Positions 1-10,782 of a DNA stretch of 64,000 nucleotides are shown in pieces. Source of the stretch: Dehalococcoidia bacterium (GTDB lineage: Bacteria > Chloroflexota > Dehalococcoidia > UBA6926); assembly GCA_963666115.2 (NCBI GenBank), contig CAXXET010000006.1, positions 64,001 to 128,000 of the forward strand, read 5' to 3'. Under the pieces are notes generated by a model that saw only the letters and a list, made by a program, of their open reading frames with translations, was not told where the DNA came from and did no database searches. The stretch's first letter is position 1. Each line of letters begins with the position of its first letter. The position numbers were made by a program, and so were the translations under genes.

Positions 1-1067
1 GAGACGAAGAATTCGTCCTCCAGCGCGATGCGCTCCAGCTCCAGCGCGATCTCCAGCAGCGGGTTGACGCCCGTCACCTCGAAGACGCGGTCCGCCATCG
101 TCTTGATGATGCGGGCGCGCGGGTCGTAGTTCTTGTACACGCGGTGCCCGAAACCCATCAGCCGCCCGCTCACCCCGTCCTTCACGTTCTTGATGAACTC
201 CGGCACGTTGTCCTTCGTGCCGATGTGCTGAAGCATCCTGATCACGGCCTCATTCGCGCCGCCGTGCAGCGGGCCGGATAGTGAGCCAATCGCGCCCGCA
301 AGCGCCGAGTACGGATCGGCCTGTGAACTTGCAATCGCGCGCATCGCGTTCGCGCTCGCGTTCTGCTCATGGTCCGCGTGCAGGATGAACAGCACGTCGA
401 TAGCCCGCTCGATGACGGGATTCGGCACGTACTTCGGCTCCACCATGCGGAACAGCATGTTCAGGAAATTCCCCGAGTACGTTAGGTCGTTGTCAGGGTA
501 GATGAACGGATAGCTCAGCGTGTGGCGGTAGCACCATGCCGCGACCGTGGCGACCTTGCTGATGGCACGCACCGTCTGTATCCTGCGCGACTCCGGGTCC
601 GTAACGTCCCGCGCCGCCGGGTAATACGTGCTCATCGTGCCCATCGTGCCCAGCAGCATCCCCATGGGGTGCGCGTCGTAGCGGTACGTCTCCATCTGCT
701 CCCGCACGGTCTCAAGCACCATCGTGCGGTAGCGGACGTCCTCCTCGAACTCCAGGAGTTGATCCGCGTTGGGAAGCTCTCCGTTCAGGAGCAGGTACAC
801 AACCTCCAGGTACGTCGAGTACTCCGCCAACTGCTCGATTGGATACCCCCGGTACCGCAGGATGCCCGCGTCCCCGTCGATGTACGTGACGGAACTGCGC
901 ACGGTGGCCGTGTTGAGCAGGGACGGGTCATAGCTCATCAGCCCGAAGTCGTCGTCGGACGTCTTGATTTGCCGGAGATCGGCTGCGCGGACTGCCCCGT
1001 CGGCTATCGGCAGGTCATACTCCTTGCCGGTCCGATTGTCCGTTACCTTCAAAGACTCCGAGGCCAT
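1..1067 (-). CDS. gltA: Citrate synthase (3' end runs off the window)
   Basis: Not in the ORF track; translated by hand from ATG at 1067: MASESLKVTDNRTGKEYDLPI...TYIDGDAGILRYRGYPIEQL...LHADHEQNAS...GPLHGGANE...LMGFGHRVYKNYDPRA. Confidence 0.95.
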   Translation of the reverse strand, partial: MASESLKVTDNRTGKEYDLPIADGAVRAADLRQIKTSDDDFGLMSYDPSLLNTATVRSSVTYIDGDAGILRYRGYPIEQLAEYSTYLEVVYLLLNGELPNADQLLEFEEDVRYRTMVLETVREQMETYRYDAHPMGMLLGTMGTMSTYYPAARDVTDPESRRIQTVRAISKVATVAAWCYRHTLSYPFIYPDNDLTYSGNFLNMLFRMVEPKYVPNPVIERAIDVLFILHADHEQNASANAMRAIASSQADPYSALAGAIGSLSGPLHGGANEAVIRMLQHIGTKDNVPEFIKNVKDGVSGRLMGFGHRVYKNYDPRARIIKTMADRVFEVTGVNPLLEIALELERIALEDEFFV

Positions 1068-1145
1068 TGTCGCCCCCCAATGGAATACGCAGCTTCACGA
1101 CATTCAGTTAGTGTACAACTACACGCGCCTGCGTAGTAGGGGACG

Positions 1146-1862
1146 CTACCGAACGGCCAGCGGGTTCAGATTCGTCGCCTCGTCGTACACGTCAATGCCC
1201 TCCTGTTTCTTGAGGAACGTGACGACAGCGTAGGTGAGCGGTGTGGCGGCGGTCTCGTACACGACTTTCATCAGCCATTCGACGAAGAAGATGCGCCACA
1301 CGTCGCCCATGGAGAGGACGCCGACGAAGGCGATGAACGTGAAGAGGAACGTGTCCAGCGCCTGCCCGCCGATCGTTGACGAGATGGTTCGCAGCCACAG
1401 CATCCGCCCCTCCGTCATGACCTTCAGGCGCGCCAGGATGATGGCATTCGTGAACGAGCCGACCACATACGCGATGAAAGACGCCACGAGCAGCCGCCCC
1501 GCGAACCCGAGGATAGTGTCATACGCGGCCTGATCCCCCCAATCGCTCGCCGCCGGCAGCAGCCCCCCAAGGTAGATCGCGATGACCATCAGCAGATTCG
1601 CGGCGAACCCCGCCCAGATCACGCGCCGGGCCACCGCGTATCCGTACACCTCCGTCAGCACGTCCCCAACGATATAGCTCAGGGGAAACACAACAATAGC
1701 GGACGTAACGATCAACTCCCCAACAACCGGCGCATCCCCCAACGTAACGATCCGAACCGCAATGATATTCGACGTCAAAAGCGCCGCAACAAAAGCCGCC
1801 ACCACCAGCAAAAACCACCGGGAACCCGCCCGCGCGGCCCCGTCCCCCACGTCGTGCGCCAT
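1146..1862 (-). CDS. yhhQ: Queuosine precursor transporter (VUT/YhhQ family)
   Basis: Multi-TM protein with FPLSYIVGDVLTEVYG and WLRTISSTIGGQALDT motifs; start may extend to 1880. Confidence 0.88.
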   Translation of the reverse strand: MAHDVGDGAARAGSRWFLLVVAAFVAALLTSNIIAVRIVTLGDAPVVGELIVTSAIVVFPLSYIVGDVLTEVYGYAVARRVIWAGFAANLLMVIAIYLGGLLPAASDWGDQAAYDTILGFAGRLLVASFIAYVVGSFTNAIILARLKVMTEGRMLWLRTISSTIGGQALDTFLFTFIAFVGVLSMGDVWRIFFVEWLMKVVYETAATPLTYAVVTFLKKQEGIDVYDEATNLNPLAVR

Positions 1863-1866
1863 GCCG

Positions 1867-2478
1867 TTACGGTTCGACACCGATCAAAATGAGGGGCACC
1901 GCCGGTATGCCCCTCCCCTGCCGTATGAGGTTATAGAGTTCCCCCTCATAATGGGGGACTCCTGAGGACATCTCATCATGGAGTTTCTTGGTCGGCACGA
2001 TTTCGACGCCGACATCGATCACGTCCCCCACAAAGAACGCCATGTGCTTCACGAACAGATCAAAGGCGACGAACGCATACTTGCCGAACTGCACTTCGAC
2101 AGCAACGCGCTCTTTGACGAAGTCGGTCTGATTGTAGGAGAAGATCGGGGTTTGGCCCGCCTCCTCAATCTGCCGCTTCTGTTCATCCGCAGGGAGTTGA
2201 ATCGTGCGCCTGATGAGCTGCGAGTCTTGCGTGACCCAATAGGACGTCCGGCTCTCCCGCCAGCCGCGCGCCTTGAATTCAGAACTGAAGCGTGAGTTCA
2301 AACCCGGCGGTGAAAATAGCCGCCGCCCCTCCTTGCGTTTCTCCCTGGAAACCTTGGTTCTCTGTTCCTCAGCGTCAATGCTCTCGATGGTCGATTCGAT
2401 CTCTCGCCACAAGTCGGGCTGATGGACAAGCAAGTACTCAAGGCCGTTGAGGTGTGAGTACCTAGCCGCGATCTTCAT
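1867..2478 (-). CDS. BglII/BstYI-family type II restriction endonuclease
   Basis: YSHLNGLEYL, NQTDFVKERVAVEVQFGKYAFVAFDLFVKH; overlaps the upstream methyltransferase. Confidence 0.88.
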   Translation of the reverse strand: MKIAARYSHLNGLEYLLVHQPDLWREIESTIESIDAEEQRTKVSREKRKEGRRLFSPPGLNSRFSSEFKARGWRESRTSYWVTQDSQLIRRTIQLPADEQKRQIEEAGQTPIFSYNQTDFVKERVAVEVQFGKYAFVAFDLFVKHMAFFVGDVIDVGVEIVPTKKLHDEMSSGVPHYEGELYNLIRQGRGIPAVPLILIGVEP

Positions 2479-3460
2479 ATCCCGCCTGCTTGTCGAATAA
2501 GCGACGTTTGTCCACGTGGTCATCCCATTCCGCCGGCCGGCGGGTTAGAGTCTCACCGTTTGGTTGATACTTCTTCGTGCCCAGGGCTCGTCTCCGCAGA
2601 GACCCGGATAGCGCCTGCTCAACACGCTCCACCGCCGTCTCCACATAAGATTCGTCCTGATCCACACCGACCGCTCTCCTGTCATGCAAGACGCTTGCCA
2701 CGGCAGCCGAACCGACGCCCATGAACGGATCGAGTACGACATCTCCAGGCTCCGTGAGCGCCAATACCAGTCTCTCCACCAGTTCAATCGGAAACTGAGC
2801 CGGATGGTGCGTCTTTTCGGGGTGGTTGTGCTTGACGTTTGGAATGTCCCAGATGCCCTCTCCCCACTCCTCCGCAACCTTGAGCCAGAGATCGCCGGGA
2901 TTCTTGCCGAGTGGATTGCTGGAGTATTGGCCCTTCTTCGGGCCTTTGTGATACTTCTTGCCCGGGTACTTTTGCGGCACTCGAAGCGGGTCCAGGTTGA
3001 ACAGATACTCGTCCGACTTCGTGAACCACAGGATCGACTCGTAGCGTCCTGAAAGCCGCCGGCGTGCGTGCAGCCCGTGCTCAAACGCCCAGATGATGCG
3101 GTTCCGCAGCTTGAGGCCGAGCTTGTCGTGCAGGATGCCGAAGAAGATGAAATCAAGCGGTACAATCTCCCCTGATCGGACGTAGTTGCCGACTTCCCAG
3201 CACAAACTCCCGTCGTCGGCGAGAACCCGCTTGCACTCCGCCAACACGTCCGTCTGCCAAGCCGCATAATCGTCCAGGTTGCGCGTGTGCTCGTATTCCT
3301 TGCCGATGTTGTAGGGCGGGGAGGAAACGATGAGCCGTGCGGCGCCATCCGGCACGGTTCGAAGAAAATCCAATGCATCGGCGCATGCCAGGAGGACATC
3401 ACTTCCGGGCTCGAATACGCCGCCGAGGCTTACATCCAATTGCTTGCTGCCGAGTGTCAT
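2462..3460 (-). CDS. Beta-class N4-cytosine/N6-adenine DNA methyltransferase, cognate of the BglII-like REase
   Basis: SSPPYN catalytic motif, followed by HPAQFP and VLDPFMGVGS SAM-binding motif. Confidence 0.92.
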   Translation of the reverse strand: MTLGSKQLDVSLGGVFEPGSDVLLACADALDFLRTVPDGAARLIVSSPPYNIGKEYEHTRNLDDYAAWQTDVLAECKRVLADDGSLCWEVGNYVRSGEIVPLDFIFFGILHDKLGLKLRNRIIWAFEHGLHARRRLSGRYESILWFTKSDEYLFNLDPLRVPQKYPGKKYHKGPKKGQYSSNPLGKNPGDLWLKVAEEWGEGIWDIPNVKHNHPEKTHHPAQFPIELVERLVLALTEPGDVVLDPFMGVGSAAVASVLHDRRAVGVDQDESYVETAVERVEQALSGSLRRRALGTKKYQPNGETLTRRPAEWDDHVDKRRLFDKQAGYEDRG

Positions 3461-3616
3461 CACATTCTTGCCTGTCACACCCCCAGAACCGTCATTAGCA
3501 TAGCCCACCCGCCCCGCGCGGCGGAATGCCCGGCGATACGGTACGATGACTGTAGATGCGCCCACGACACGCCGGGTGCCTGCTCTACCGCGGCTTAGTC
3601 AGGAGAGAATTGCACA

Positions 3617-3955
3617 ATGGCGCTGCTCTGCTTCGATGTTGACGGAACGCTCGACACCGGTGACGGACCTATTCCCGTGTCCGTCCTGCATGACCTCAAG
3701 GGCATGGGTCACGATGTCATCATCGTCTCCCCGTCCCCGCTCCGCCCCAAAGACGCCGGCTTCCCGGAATTCCTGAGTGTCGATCGCAAGAAGAACCTCC
3801 TCGATGCCCTCGATGCCCACCCTAATGACCGGCCCGTCTACATCAGCGACAACGATGGCGATGACAAGCTCTCCGAAGAAGTCAACTTCGAGTACGTCCA
3901 CCCTCTTTTCTGGACACCCTTCTACACCCGCCTAACCTCCGACTCCTCCGGCTAA
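3617..3955 (+). CDS. Small HAD-superfamily protein
   Basis: FDVDGTL motif I, IIVS motif II, YISDNDGD motif IV; AGGAG RBS upstream. Confidence 0.7.
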   Translation: MALLCFDVDGTLDTGDGPIPVSVLHDLKGMGHDVIIVSPSPLRPKDAGFPEFLSVDRKKNLLDALDAHPNDRPVYISDNDGDDKLSEEVNFEYVHPLFWTPFYTRLTSDSSG

Positions 3956-3972
3956 TCCCCCGGCGCCACCTC

Positions 3973-4000
3973 CGTTTTTCCCGCGAAGACGGGAACCCAG
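3973..4000 (+). repeat. Palindromic repeat, family A variant (TTCCCGCGAAGACGGGAA)
   Basis: cgtttttcccgcgaagacgggaacccag. Confidence 0.8.
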
Positions 4001-4386
4001 TCCCCGCTCACGTCCCCATTTCCCATCCAACTTGACATCCGTTATTCCACCGATTCACGCCCCAAACCCCAAAACACGCCGTCCTCGTCGCATTAAACCC
4101 CCATTAACCCTGCATCTCGCGGAGCATATCCGTTCTGCCAGTAAGAAACCGCACATAAAGCCAGCTTATGCCGAATACGTCAATATCTGCCTCGTCTGAA
4201 TCCCTAGTCCTCGCGGTGCGCGTCCCTGGTGCGCGTGCCCACGCGCCTCGTGTCACGCTACCGCATAGGCGCGGCGCAGATAGGGTTGTTGACGGCTTGA
4301 CATTATGGTAGTATGACTCCTGAAACACCATGATGTGCGCGGCGGAAGAAGACAGGACGCCGCGCAGGGTAGGCAGGAGGTGCGCG

Positions 4387-4692
4387 ATGACGCAGACTTT
4401 GCACAAGGGTGACCTGGCCGGAATAGTGGCGCAGCGCATAGGCGGGACCCGATCCAACGGCGAGGCCGCGCTGAATGCGGTCACTGGCGCCATTCAGGAA
4501 TCCCTGACCCGCGGCGACCGCGTGGTCATCACGGGGTTCGGCAGCTTTGAGGTTCGCAAGATCAAGGAGCGCACCGTGCGCCCCCTCCGCGGCCCCAACG
4601 CCGGCAACCCCACCAAGGTTGCGGCCCATGACCGCGTCGGGTTCTCACCCGGCACGGAACTCGCCAACGCCGTCAAGCGAAACGGCGCCTAA
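4387..4692 (+). CDS. hup: HU family DNA-binding protein
   Basis: GDRVVITGFGSFEVR...FSPGTEL; AGGAGG RBS. Confidence 0.9.
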   Translation: MTQTLHKGDLAGIVAQRIGGTRSNGEAALNAVTGAIQESLTRGDRVVITGFGSFEVRKIKERTVRPLRGPNAGNPTKVAAHDRVGFSPGTELANAVKRNGA

Positions 4693-4740
4693 TCTGACGG
4701 CGCGGCGCGACTCGGCCGCGCGCCGCGCCTTGTCTGCTCC

Positions 4741-4777
4741 TAAACCGGCGCTCCCCGGGACGGGGAGCGCCGGTTTA
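4741..4777. terminator. Probable bidirectional terminator hairpin between hup and ribH
   Basis: taaaccggcgctcccc-gggac-ggggagcgccggttta perfect inverted repeat between convergent genes. Confidence 0.7.
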
Positions 4778-5266
4778 TTGGTTCCTCAGTGAAGCCAGTA
4801 GTCCGGCCATCTCCAGCGCGCCTGTAGCCGCGTCATAACCCCGGTTGCTCCCCGGCCCGCCTGAACGCGCCAGCGCCTGTTCCATCGTGTCCGTTGTCAG
4901 CACGCCGAACAGGCAGGGCACTCCCGTATCCAGCGAGACCCGGGTCACGGCCTGCGTCACTGCCATTGAGACGTAATCGAAATGCGCCGTCTCGCCGCGG
5001 ATGACCGCGCCGATGCAGATGACCGCCGCATACTTTTTCGACTCTGCCATCGCCTGCGCGGCCGGACCAATCTCAAACGATCCGGGCACATAAGCCACGT
5101 CGATGGACCCGTCCGACACGCCGTTCTCGCCAAGTGCCGAAAGCGCGCCGTCCAGCATCCTGCTTGTGATCAGCTCATTGAAGCGCGCGACGACGATGCC
5201 GATGCGCGCGATGCCCGGCTCACGCCCCTCATTCCAGGGAAGGGGGTCGATGACGTTCGGCGGCAC
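4775..5266 (-). CDS. ribH: 6,7-dimethyl-8-ribityllumazine synthase
   Basis: [28 protein letters not shown]. Confidence 0.95.
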   Translation of the reverse strand: MPPNVIDPLPWNEGREPGIARIGIVVARFNELITSRMLDGALSALGENGVSDGSIDVAYVPGSFEIGPAAQAMAESKKYAAVICIGAVIRGETAHFDYVSMAVTQAVTRVSLDTGVPCLFGVLTTDTMEQALARSGGPGSNRGYDAATGALEMAGLLASLRNQ

Positions 5267-5300
5267 GCTGGTTTTTTCTCCGTGAGGCGAAAGGCGTCCG

Positions 5301-6551
5301 CTAGGACTGCTGCTCCGCGTCCACCGCCGCCTCGTCCCCGGAAACGACCTCCATCCCCGTCAGGATGTGCCCCATCTTGTCCCGCTTGGTCTGCAAGTAG
5401 CGGCGATTATGCGCGTTCGGTTCCACCTCGATCGGCACGCGTTCCACAAGCTCCAGCCCGAAGGCGTCCAGCCCCACAACCTTGCGCGGGTTATTCGTCA
5501 TCAGCTTGAGCTTTCGCACGCCCAGGTCCACGAGGATCTGCGCGCCGATGCCGTAATCCCGCAAGTCCGGCGGAAAGCCCATTTGAACATTCGCCTCCAC
5601 CGTATCCAGCCCGGTGTCTTGTAGCGCGTACGCCCGCAGCTTGTTGTGCAGACCCACGCCGCGCCCCTCCTGCCTCATGTAGAGGAAGACCCCGGAACCC
5701 TCTGCGGCGATGTGCTCCAGCGCCAGGTCGAGCTGCTCGCCGCAGTCGCACCGCATTGAACTGAATACGTCGCCCGTCACGCATTCGCTGTGAACGCGCG
5801 TCAGCATGGGCTCGTCGGAACTGACGTCGCCCATCACGAGCGCAACGTGCTCCTTGGCATCGATGGAGCTCGCATAGCCGTATGCGCGGAACACCCCGTG
5901 CCGCGTTGGCAGGTCCGCCACGCCGCGCCGCTCCACCATCGTCTCCCGTTGGCGCCGGTACTCGATGATCTGCGCGATGGTGATGATGGGAATATCCCAC
6001 TTGGCGGACAGTACTTCTAGCTGCGGCATCCGCGCCATCGTCCCGTCCTCGTTCATGATTTCGCAGATGACCCCTGCCGGATACAGCCCCGCCGCCCGCG
6101 CCAGGTCGATCACCGCCTCCGTGTGCCCCGTGCGCACCAGCACGCCGCCCTCGCGGTATCGGAGCGGGAACATGTGGCCCGGCCGCATCAGGTCTCCCGA
6201 CCGCGTCTCCGGGTGGACGAGCGCGCGAATCGTCGTCGAACGGTCGCCCGCCGAAATGCCCGTCGTCACGCCCGTCTTGGCGTCCACGGACTCGGTGAAC
6301 GCGGTGGAGAGCGGCGAGGTATTGTTCTGCGCCATCATGGGGATGCCGAGCTCGTCGAGACGCTCGCCGAGAAGAGGCACGCAGATGAGGCCGCGCGCGT
6401 GCATCGCCATGAAGTTGACCTTCTCCGGCGTTATCAAATCCGCCGCCAGCGCAAGATCGCCTTCGTTCTCGCGTTCGGCGTCGTCGACGATAATGACGAA
6501 TTCGCCGCGCCGCATCCGCGTTGCAGCGCCCTCGACGTCGATGATGCTCAT
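5301..6551 (-). CDS. ribBA: Bifunctional DHBP synthase / GTP cyclohydrolase II
   Basis: [36 protein letters not shown]. Confidence 0.97.
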   Translation of the reverse strand: MSIIDVEGAATRMRRGEFVIIVDDAERENEGDLALAADLITPEKVNFMAMHARGLICVPLLGERLDELGIPMMAQNNTSPLSTAFTESVDAKTGVTTGISAGDRSTTIRALVHPETRSGDLMRPGHMFPLRYREGGVLVRTGHTEAVIDLARAAGLYPAGVICEIMNEDGTMARMPQLEVLSAKWDIPIITIAQIIEYRRQRETMVERRGVADLPTRHGVFRAYGYASSIDAKEHVALVMGDVSSDEPMLTRVHSECVTGDVFSSMRCDCGEQLDLALEHIAAEGSGVFLYMRQEGRGVGLHNKLRAYALQDTGLDTVEANVQMGFPPDLRDYGIGAQILVDLGVRKLKLMTNNPRKVVGLDAFGLELVERVPIEVEPNAHNRRYLQTKRDKMGHILTGMEVVSGDEAAVDAEQQS

Positions 6552-7171
6552 GCCCGTGCCTCCACCCCCTCGCCAAGGGTGCTGATCCCCTCGCGATCCC
6601 CCTGCAGCAGTTTCTCCGCGTACTTGGCGAATATATCCGTTTCCAGGTTCACCGGCATCCCCACGTACGCCTCGCCCAGGTCGGTGTTCTCATACGTGTG
6701 CCGCACCAGCGACACGGAAAAAGATTCGTCGTCCAGCCCCATGACCGTCAGGCTGATGCCGTTCACCGTGATGAACGCCTTTTCCACGAGATACTTCATC
6801 ACCTCGGGCGGCGCGGTGACCCGCACCAGTCGCGCGTCCGCCTCCGGCGTGATCTCCGCGACCGTGCCCGTGCCGTCGACGTGCCCCTGCACCAGGTGGC
6901 CGCCAAGGCGGCTGTTGAACGTCACGGCGCGTTCCAGGTTGATGGGGCTGCCCGGCTTGAGCGCGTGCATCCCCGTCCGCCGCAGTGTCTCGGGCATCAC
7001 GTCGAAGCTAACCCGTCCATCCGTCATCTCCGTCACGGTCAGGCACGCGCCGTTCACAGACAGGCTGTCGCCGATGCGCGTTTCACCCAGAGTCACGTCG
7101 GCCTCCACAACCAGGCCGCCCTCGCCGATGGCGATAATCCGCCCCACCTCTTCAACAATCCCCGTAAACAC
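6548..7171 (-). CDS. ribE: Riboflavin synthase alpha chain
   Basis: Canonical (M)FTGIVEE start at GTG 7171; GGHLVQGHVDG; the longer ORF-track N-terminus is repeat-derived. Confidence 0.95.
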   Translation of the reverse strand: MFTGIVEEVGRIIAIGEGGLVVEADVTLGETRIGDSLSVNGACLTVTEMTDGRVSFDVMPETLRRTGMHALKPGSPINLERAVTFNSRLGGHLVQGHVDGTGTVAEITPEADARLVRVTAPPEVMKYLVEKAFITVNGISLTVMGLDDESFSVSLVRHTYENTDLGEAYVGMPVNLETDIFAKYAEKLLQGDREGISTLGEGVEARA

Positions 7172-7275
7172 CTTCCAATCCCCTAATCCCCGTAAGCACC
7201 CTGCAATCCCCTCATTTCGGCGAAAGCCGGAATCCATCCGGTTCCCTCCGTCATTCCCGCGAAAGCGGGAATCTC
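7157..7275 (+). repeat. 28-bp tandem duplication covering the ribE start, followed by two family A palindromes
   Basis: aatccccgtaaacaccttccaatcccct / aatccccgtaagcaccctgcaatcccct, then tcatttcggcgaaagccggaatcca and gtcattcccgcgaaagcgggaatct. Confidence 0.85.
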
Positions 7276-7321
7276 ACACGCATTTGCTCATCAACATGCC
7301 CATGATTATACGCTTGTACGC

Positions 7322-8440
7322 CTAGTCCGCGCCGCCCTCCCAATACCGCAGAATCCCCCGCGCTACCAAATCCTCCCCAACGCGCTCAACATCCATCCTC
7401 ACGAACCGATGCGCGTCTCGCACGAGTTCAACCCCGTCGCCTCCCACCGGCCCCGCCGCATCGCCCCCCCCGATGATCACCGGCGCAATGAAAATCTCTG
7501 CCTGATCCACTAGCCCCTCATCGAAAAACGCTCCAAGAAGCTGCTCGCCGGCCTCCGTCATCACCTGCATCACCCCAAGGCGCCCCAGGTGCTGCAACAG
7601 CGCCGTCAGGTCAACGCGGCCATGCTCCGATGGAAAGGCCGCCGCTGACACATTCTCACCCATGTCCTGGAACGGCGCGCATGCCTCCGCGGACGCAGTC
7701 GCCACCAGCGTCTTGCCTGGTTCGCGAAACAGCCGCGCCGTCGTCGGCGTCCGCCCTGTGCTGTCCGCGATCACGCGCAGCGGTTGGCGGGGCAGGGGAT
7801 TGCCCTCGCCGTCCCGTGCCGTCAACTGCGGATCATCGGATATGACTGTCCCCGCCGCCGTGATAATGGCGTCCACGTGTGAACGGAGGTCATGCGCGCG
7901 GGCGCGCGCCTCCTTTCCCGTGATCCATCGAGAGTCGCCCGTCCGGCTCGCAATCTTCCCGTCGAGGCTCATCGCATACTTGGCGATGACCAGCGGCAGT
8001 CCCGTCTCCTCGCGCTTGAAATAGCCCTGGAAATGCAGCGTCGCCTCCTCCGCGGAATCCCCGACGCGCGTTGTGATGCCGTTCTCCTCAAGCAGACGGC
8101 GCCCGGAGCCGTTCACCGGCGGATGCGGGTCCAGCACCGCGATCTCCACCGAACCCAAACCTGCGGCCACCATGGCCTCCGCGCACGGCGGCGTCCGCCC
8201 GTGGTGGGAGCACGGCTCGAGCGTTGTGTACATCGTCGCGCCCCGCGCCCGTTCGCCCGCCTGCTCCAGCGCGACGATCTCCGCGTGCGGCCCGCCGGGC
8301 GGTTGCGTGTACCCCTCTCCAACGATCTCGCCGTCGCGCACGATAACTGCGCCAACCGCCGGATTGGGACTTGAGTAACCGAGCGCCTGCCGCCCCAGCT
8401 CCAGGGCGCGGGCCATGGGTGTGGCGGAGCCGTGCGTCAC
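7322..8440 (-). CDS. ribD: Bifunctional riboflavin deaminase/reductase
   Basis: [32 protein letters not shown]. Confidence 0.96.
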   Translation of the reverse strand: MTHGSATPMARALELGRQALGYSSPNPAVGAVIVRDGEIVGEGYTQPPGGPHAEIVALEQAGERARGATMYTTLEPCSHHGRTPPCAEAMVAAGLGSVEIAVLDPHPPVNGSGRRLLEENGITTRVGDSAEEATLHFQGYFKREETGLPLVIAKYAMSLDGKIASRTGDSRWITGKEARARAHDLRSHVDAIITAAGTVISDDPQLTARDGEGNPLPRQPLRVIADSTGRTPTTARLFREPGKTLVATASAEACAPFQDMGENVSAAAFPSEHGRVDLTALLQHLGRLGVMQVMTEAGEQLLGAFFDEGLVDQAEIFIAPVIIGGGDAAGPVGGDGVELVRDAHRFVRMDVERVGEDLVARGILRYWEGGAD

Positions 8441-9009
8441 TGTCGGGCCTGGAAATCCCGAAAAGCCCGGCTCGGCGTCGGCTCGGACTGCCCCTGGTAC
8501 TTGCTGCCGAGCCGCTCCGAGCCGTACGGCCGCTGCGCCGGCCCGGACAGCCGCGTGAAGGAAATCTGGCCGATGGGCATTCCGCTGTACAGGGTGATGG
8601 GCAGATTGTTCACGTTGCTCAGTTCAAGGGTCAGGCGTCCGCGCCACCCCGGGTCCACGTACCCCGCCGTTGAGTGAATCAGCAGCCCGATGCGCCCCAG
8701 AGAACTCTTGCCCTCCAGCCGCGCCACCAGGTCATCCGGCAGGCCGATGTCTTCAACCGTGCTGCCCAGCACGAACTCGCCGGGGTGCAGGATGAACGGC
8801 GCGTCGTCGCGGATATCCACCATCTCCGTCAGATCGCTCACGTCCTGCCGGATATCGATGTAGGGACGGCGCGAATTGCGGAACACGAGGACCTTGTCGC
8901 TCAGATGCACGTCGACGCTCGCCGGCTGCACGTCTCCAAGGTCCAACGGGTCGATGATGATCCGCCCGTTCTCGATCTCAGCGTGGATTTCGCCGTCATT
9001 CAGAACCAT
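8437..9009 (-). CDS. dcd: dCTP deaminase
   Basis: [37 protein letters not shown]. Confidence 0.95.
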   Translation of the reverse strand: MVLNDGEIHAEIENGRIIIDPLDLGDVQPASVDVHLSDKVLVFRNSRRPYIDIRQDVSDLTEMVDIRDDAPFILHPGEFVLGSTVEDIGLPDDLVARLEGKSSLGRIGLLIHSTAGYVDPGWRGRLTLELSNVNNLPITLYSGMPIGQISFTRLSGPAQRPYGSERLGSKYQGQSEPTPSRAFRDFQARQ

Positions 9010-9010
9010 A

Positions 9011-9814
9011 CTAGCTAACCTCGTATCCGACGCGCACATAGATGACAATCTCATTCTCACCCGTCAGGATCGGCGTGGCCCCCGCCTGTTCGTCCGCGAA
9101 CAGCGCCGTTGACCGCATCAACTCCGGCGTATCCTGCGAAAGCGGCGCAGCCCCGGACTCGGAGACGAAGAACGCCTCGCCCAACCCAACGCCCGCCAGC
9201 GATGCCAGCTGCCCCGCCTGCTCCCGTGCCGCCTCCATCGCCAGCGCCCGCGCCTCGCGCTCCGCCTCCGCGGTGTCCTCCACGGAGAATGACAGCCCGT
9301 CAACCCGCGCGTTATCCCCGCCGGCGCGCGCTGCGCCGTCGATCACCGCCGCGACCGCATTCGTATCCCGCACCGTCGCGCGCACCGTGTTCGTCACCGT
9401 GAACCCCACCATCTCGCTCCGCCGCAGCGTGTCGTTCCACTCATACTCCGTCGAAACGCTGAACGTCATCGTCTGGATGTCGTCATCCGCAATCCCGGAC
9501 GCCGTCAGGCTCTCGACGACCGCCTGCATGGACTCTCCGGCCTCAGACATCGCCTCGCCCACCGTCTCAGCCGTCGTTTCGACGCCGATGCGCAGCGTGG
9601 CGATGTCCGGCATCACGGACACCCGCCCCGCCCCCGTCACCCAGATTCCCTCCGTTGACCGATCCAGGACCACCGTGGTCCCGGCCCCGCCGTCCGTATC
9701 CGTATCGTCGTCGTCGGACTGGCACGCCACGGACGCCGCCACGATGATGACCGTCAGCGCGAGAACCAACACCGCCGGCATCCGCATCCTCTTGGAGATA
9801 TGCTCGAAAGTCAT
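9011..9814 (-). CDS. SIMPL/DUF541 domain protein, probably a lipoprotein
   Basis: Signal peptide with lipobox-like SVAC; [18 protein letters not shown]...DIQT...[10 protein letters not shown]. Confidence 0.85.
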   Translation of the reverse strand: MTFEHISKRMRMPAVLVLALTVIIVAASVACQSDDDDTDTDGGAGTTVVLDRSTEGIWVTGAGRVSVMPDIATLRIGVETTAETVGEAMSEAGESMQAVVESLTASGIADDDIQTMTFSVSTEYEWNDTLRRSEMVGFTVTNTVRATVRDTNAVAAVIDGAARAGGDNARVDGLSFSVEDTAEAEREARALAMEAAREQAGQLASLAGVGLGEAFFVSESGAAPLSQDTPELMRSTALFADEQAGATPILTGENEIVIYVRVGYEVS

Positions 9815-9868
9815 CGTGCCCCCTCGCCTCTGATTATCCCACCCCCCAACTATAATGAACAAACGCCC

Positions 9869-10564
9869 ATGAGATACGTGCCTGTAACCCCCGCCGATGA
9901 TCCGCAGGATGACTACCTGCCGGAGGGAGTCCTTGCGCTCCCGGATGAGCGCCCCGTCCGCCGCTTCCTCCTGGACATGGCCGAAACGCTCGGCCTCGCC
10001 GTCATCCTCTTCCTCATCGTCCAGTCGCTCGCCCAGAACTACGTCGTCACCGGCGGCAGCATGGAGCCGTCCATCAACGACAATGAACTCATCATCGTCA
10101 ACAAGGCCGTCTATTTCAGCCTCGATAGGGACAGCGTGGACAACCTCGTGCCGTTCGTCGATCTCCCGGACGGCGATGACGTCTACCTCTTCCACCCCCC
10201 GCAGCGAGGCGAGGTCATCGTCCTGGACTCCCCGGAAAACGACGACCTCGACCTGATCAAGCGCATCATCGGAATCCCGGGCGACACGATCGAGTTCGAC
10301 GGTCACGGCGGCGCCATACGTGTCAACGGCGTGGAGATCGACGAAACGTGGCTCTTCGATGACCAGCGGACGAGAGGGCAGGACGTCACCCTGCGTGAAG
10401 ACGAGTACTTCGTCATGGGCGACAACCGCAGCTCCAGCCAGGACTCCCGCCAATGGGGAACCATAGGACGCGAGGACATCGTCGGCAAGGCCCTCCTAAC
10501 ATACTGGCCCCCCGAAAGAATCGCCCCATCCCCCCATCACCCCCAAGCCTACCCCCAAGCTTGA
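9869..10564 (+). CDS. lepB: Signal peptidase I
   Basis: GGSMEPS, LIKRIIGIPGD, YFVMGDNRSSSQDSR; TATAAT at 9851. Confidence 0.95.
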   Translation: MRYVPVTPADDPQDDYLPEGVLALPDERPVRRFLLDMAETLGLAVILFLIVQSLAQNYVVTGGSMEPSINDNELIIVNKAVYFSLDRDSVDNLVPFVDLPDGDDVYLFHPPQRGEVIVLDSPENDDLDLIKRIIGIPGDTIEFDGHGGAIRVNGVEIDETWLFDDQRTRGQDVTLREDEYFVMGDNRSSSQDSRQWGTIGREDIVGKALLTYWPPERIAPSPHHPQAYPQA

Positions 10565-10615
10565 CCCCTCCCGACCACCCTGACCCCTCCCGACCACCCT
10601 GAGCGCGTCGAAGGG
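10562..10615 (+). repeat. 19-bp tandem duplication running into a family C repeat (CACCCTGAGC..GTCGAAGGG)
   Basis: tgacccctcccgaccaccc x2, then tgagcgcgtcgaaggg. Confidence 0.8.
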
Positions 10616-10637
10616 CCACCCCGTATCATGGACACCA

Positions 10638-10713
10638 GGGCCGTTAGCTCAATCGGCAGAGCAGGGGACTTTTAATCCCAAGGTTCCGGGTTCGACCCCC
10701 GGGCGGCCCACCA
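10638..10713 (+). tRNA. tRNA-Lys (anticodon UUU)
   Basis: GGGCCGT acceptor stem pairing with GCGGCCC, TAGCTCAATCGGCAGAGC D arm, CT-TTT-AA anticodon loop, GGTTCGACCC T arm, ends in ACCA. Confidence 0.96.
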
Positions 10714-10782
10714 CAGGCGTAGCTAACCTAGCCGCATAGCTGAACCGTCGCTGGGAGGCAAACCTCAGCAAGAGATTGGGGC

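Noticed and set aside
4000-4300. Possible ncRNA upstream of hup
   Set aside because: Only weak GC-rich pairing and promoter-like hexamers; not enough support.
8440-9860. FMN riboswitch upstream of the rib genes
   Set aside because: ribD overlaps dcd directly, and I see no RFN consensus in the short upstream spacers.
9815-10453. N-terminal extension of the 480-aa ORF at 9011-10453
   Set aside because: It is the antisense of lepB; the SIMPL protein starts at about 9814 with its own RBS and signal peptide.
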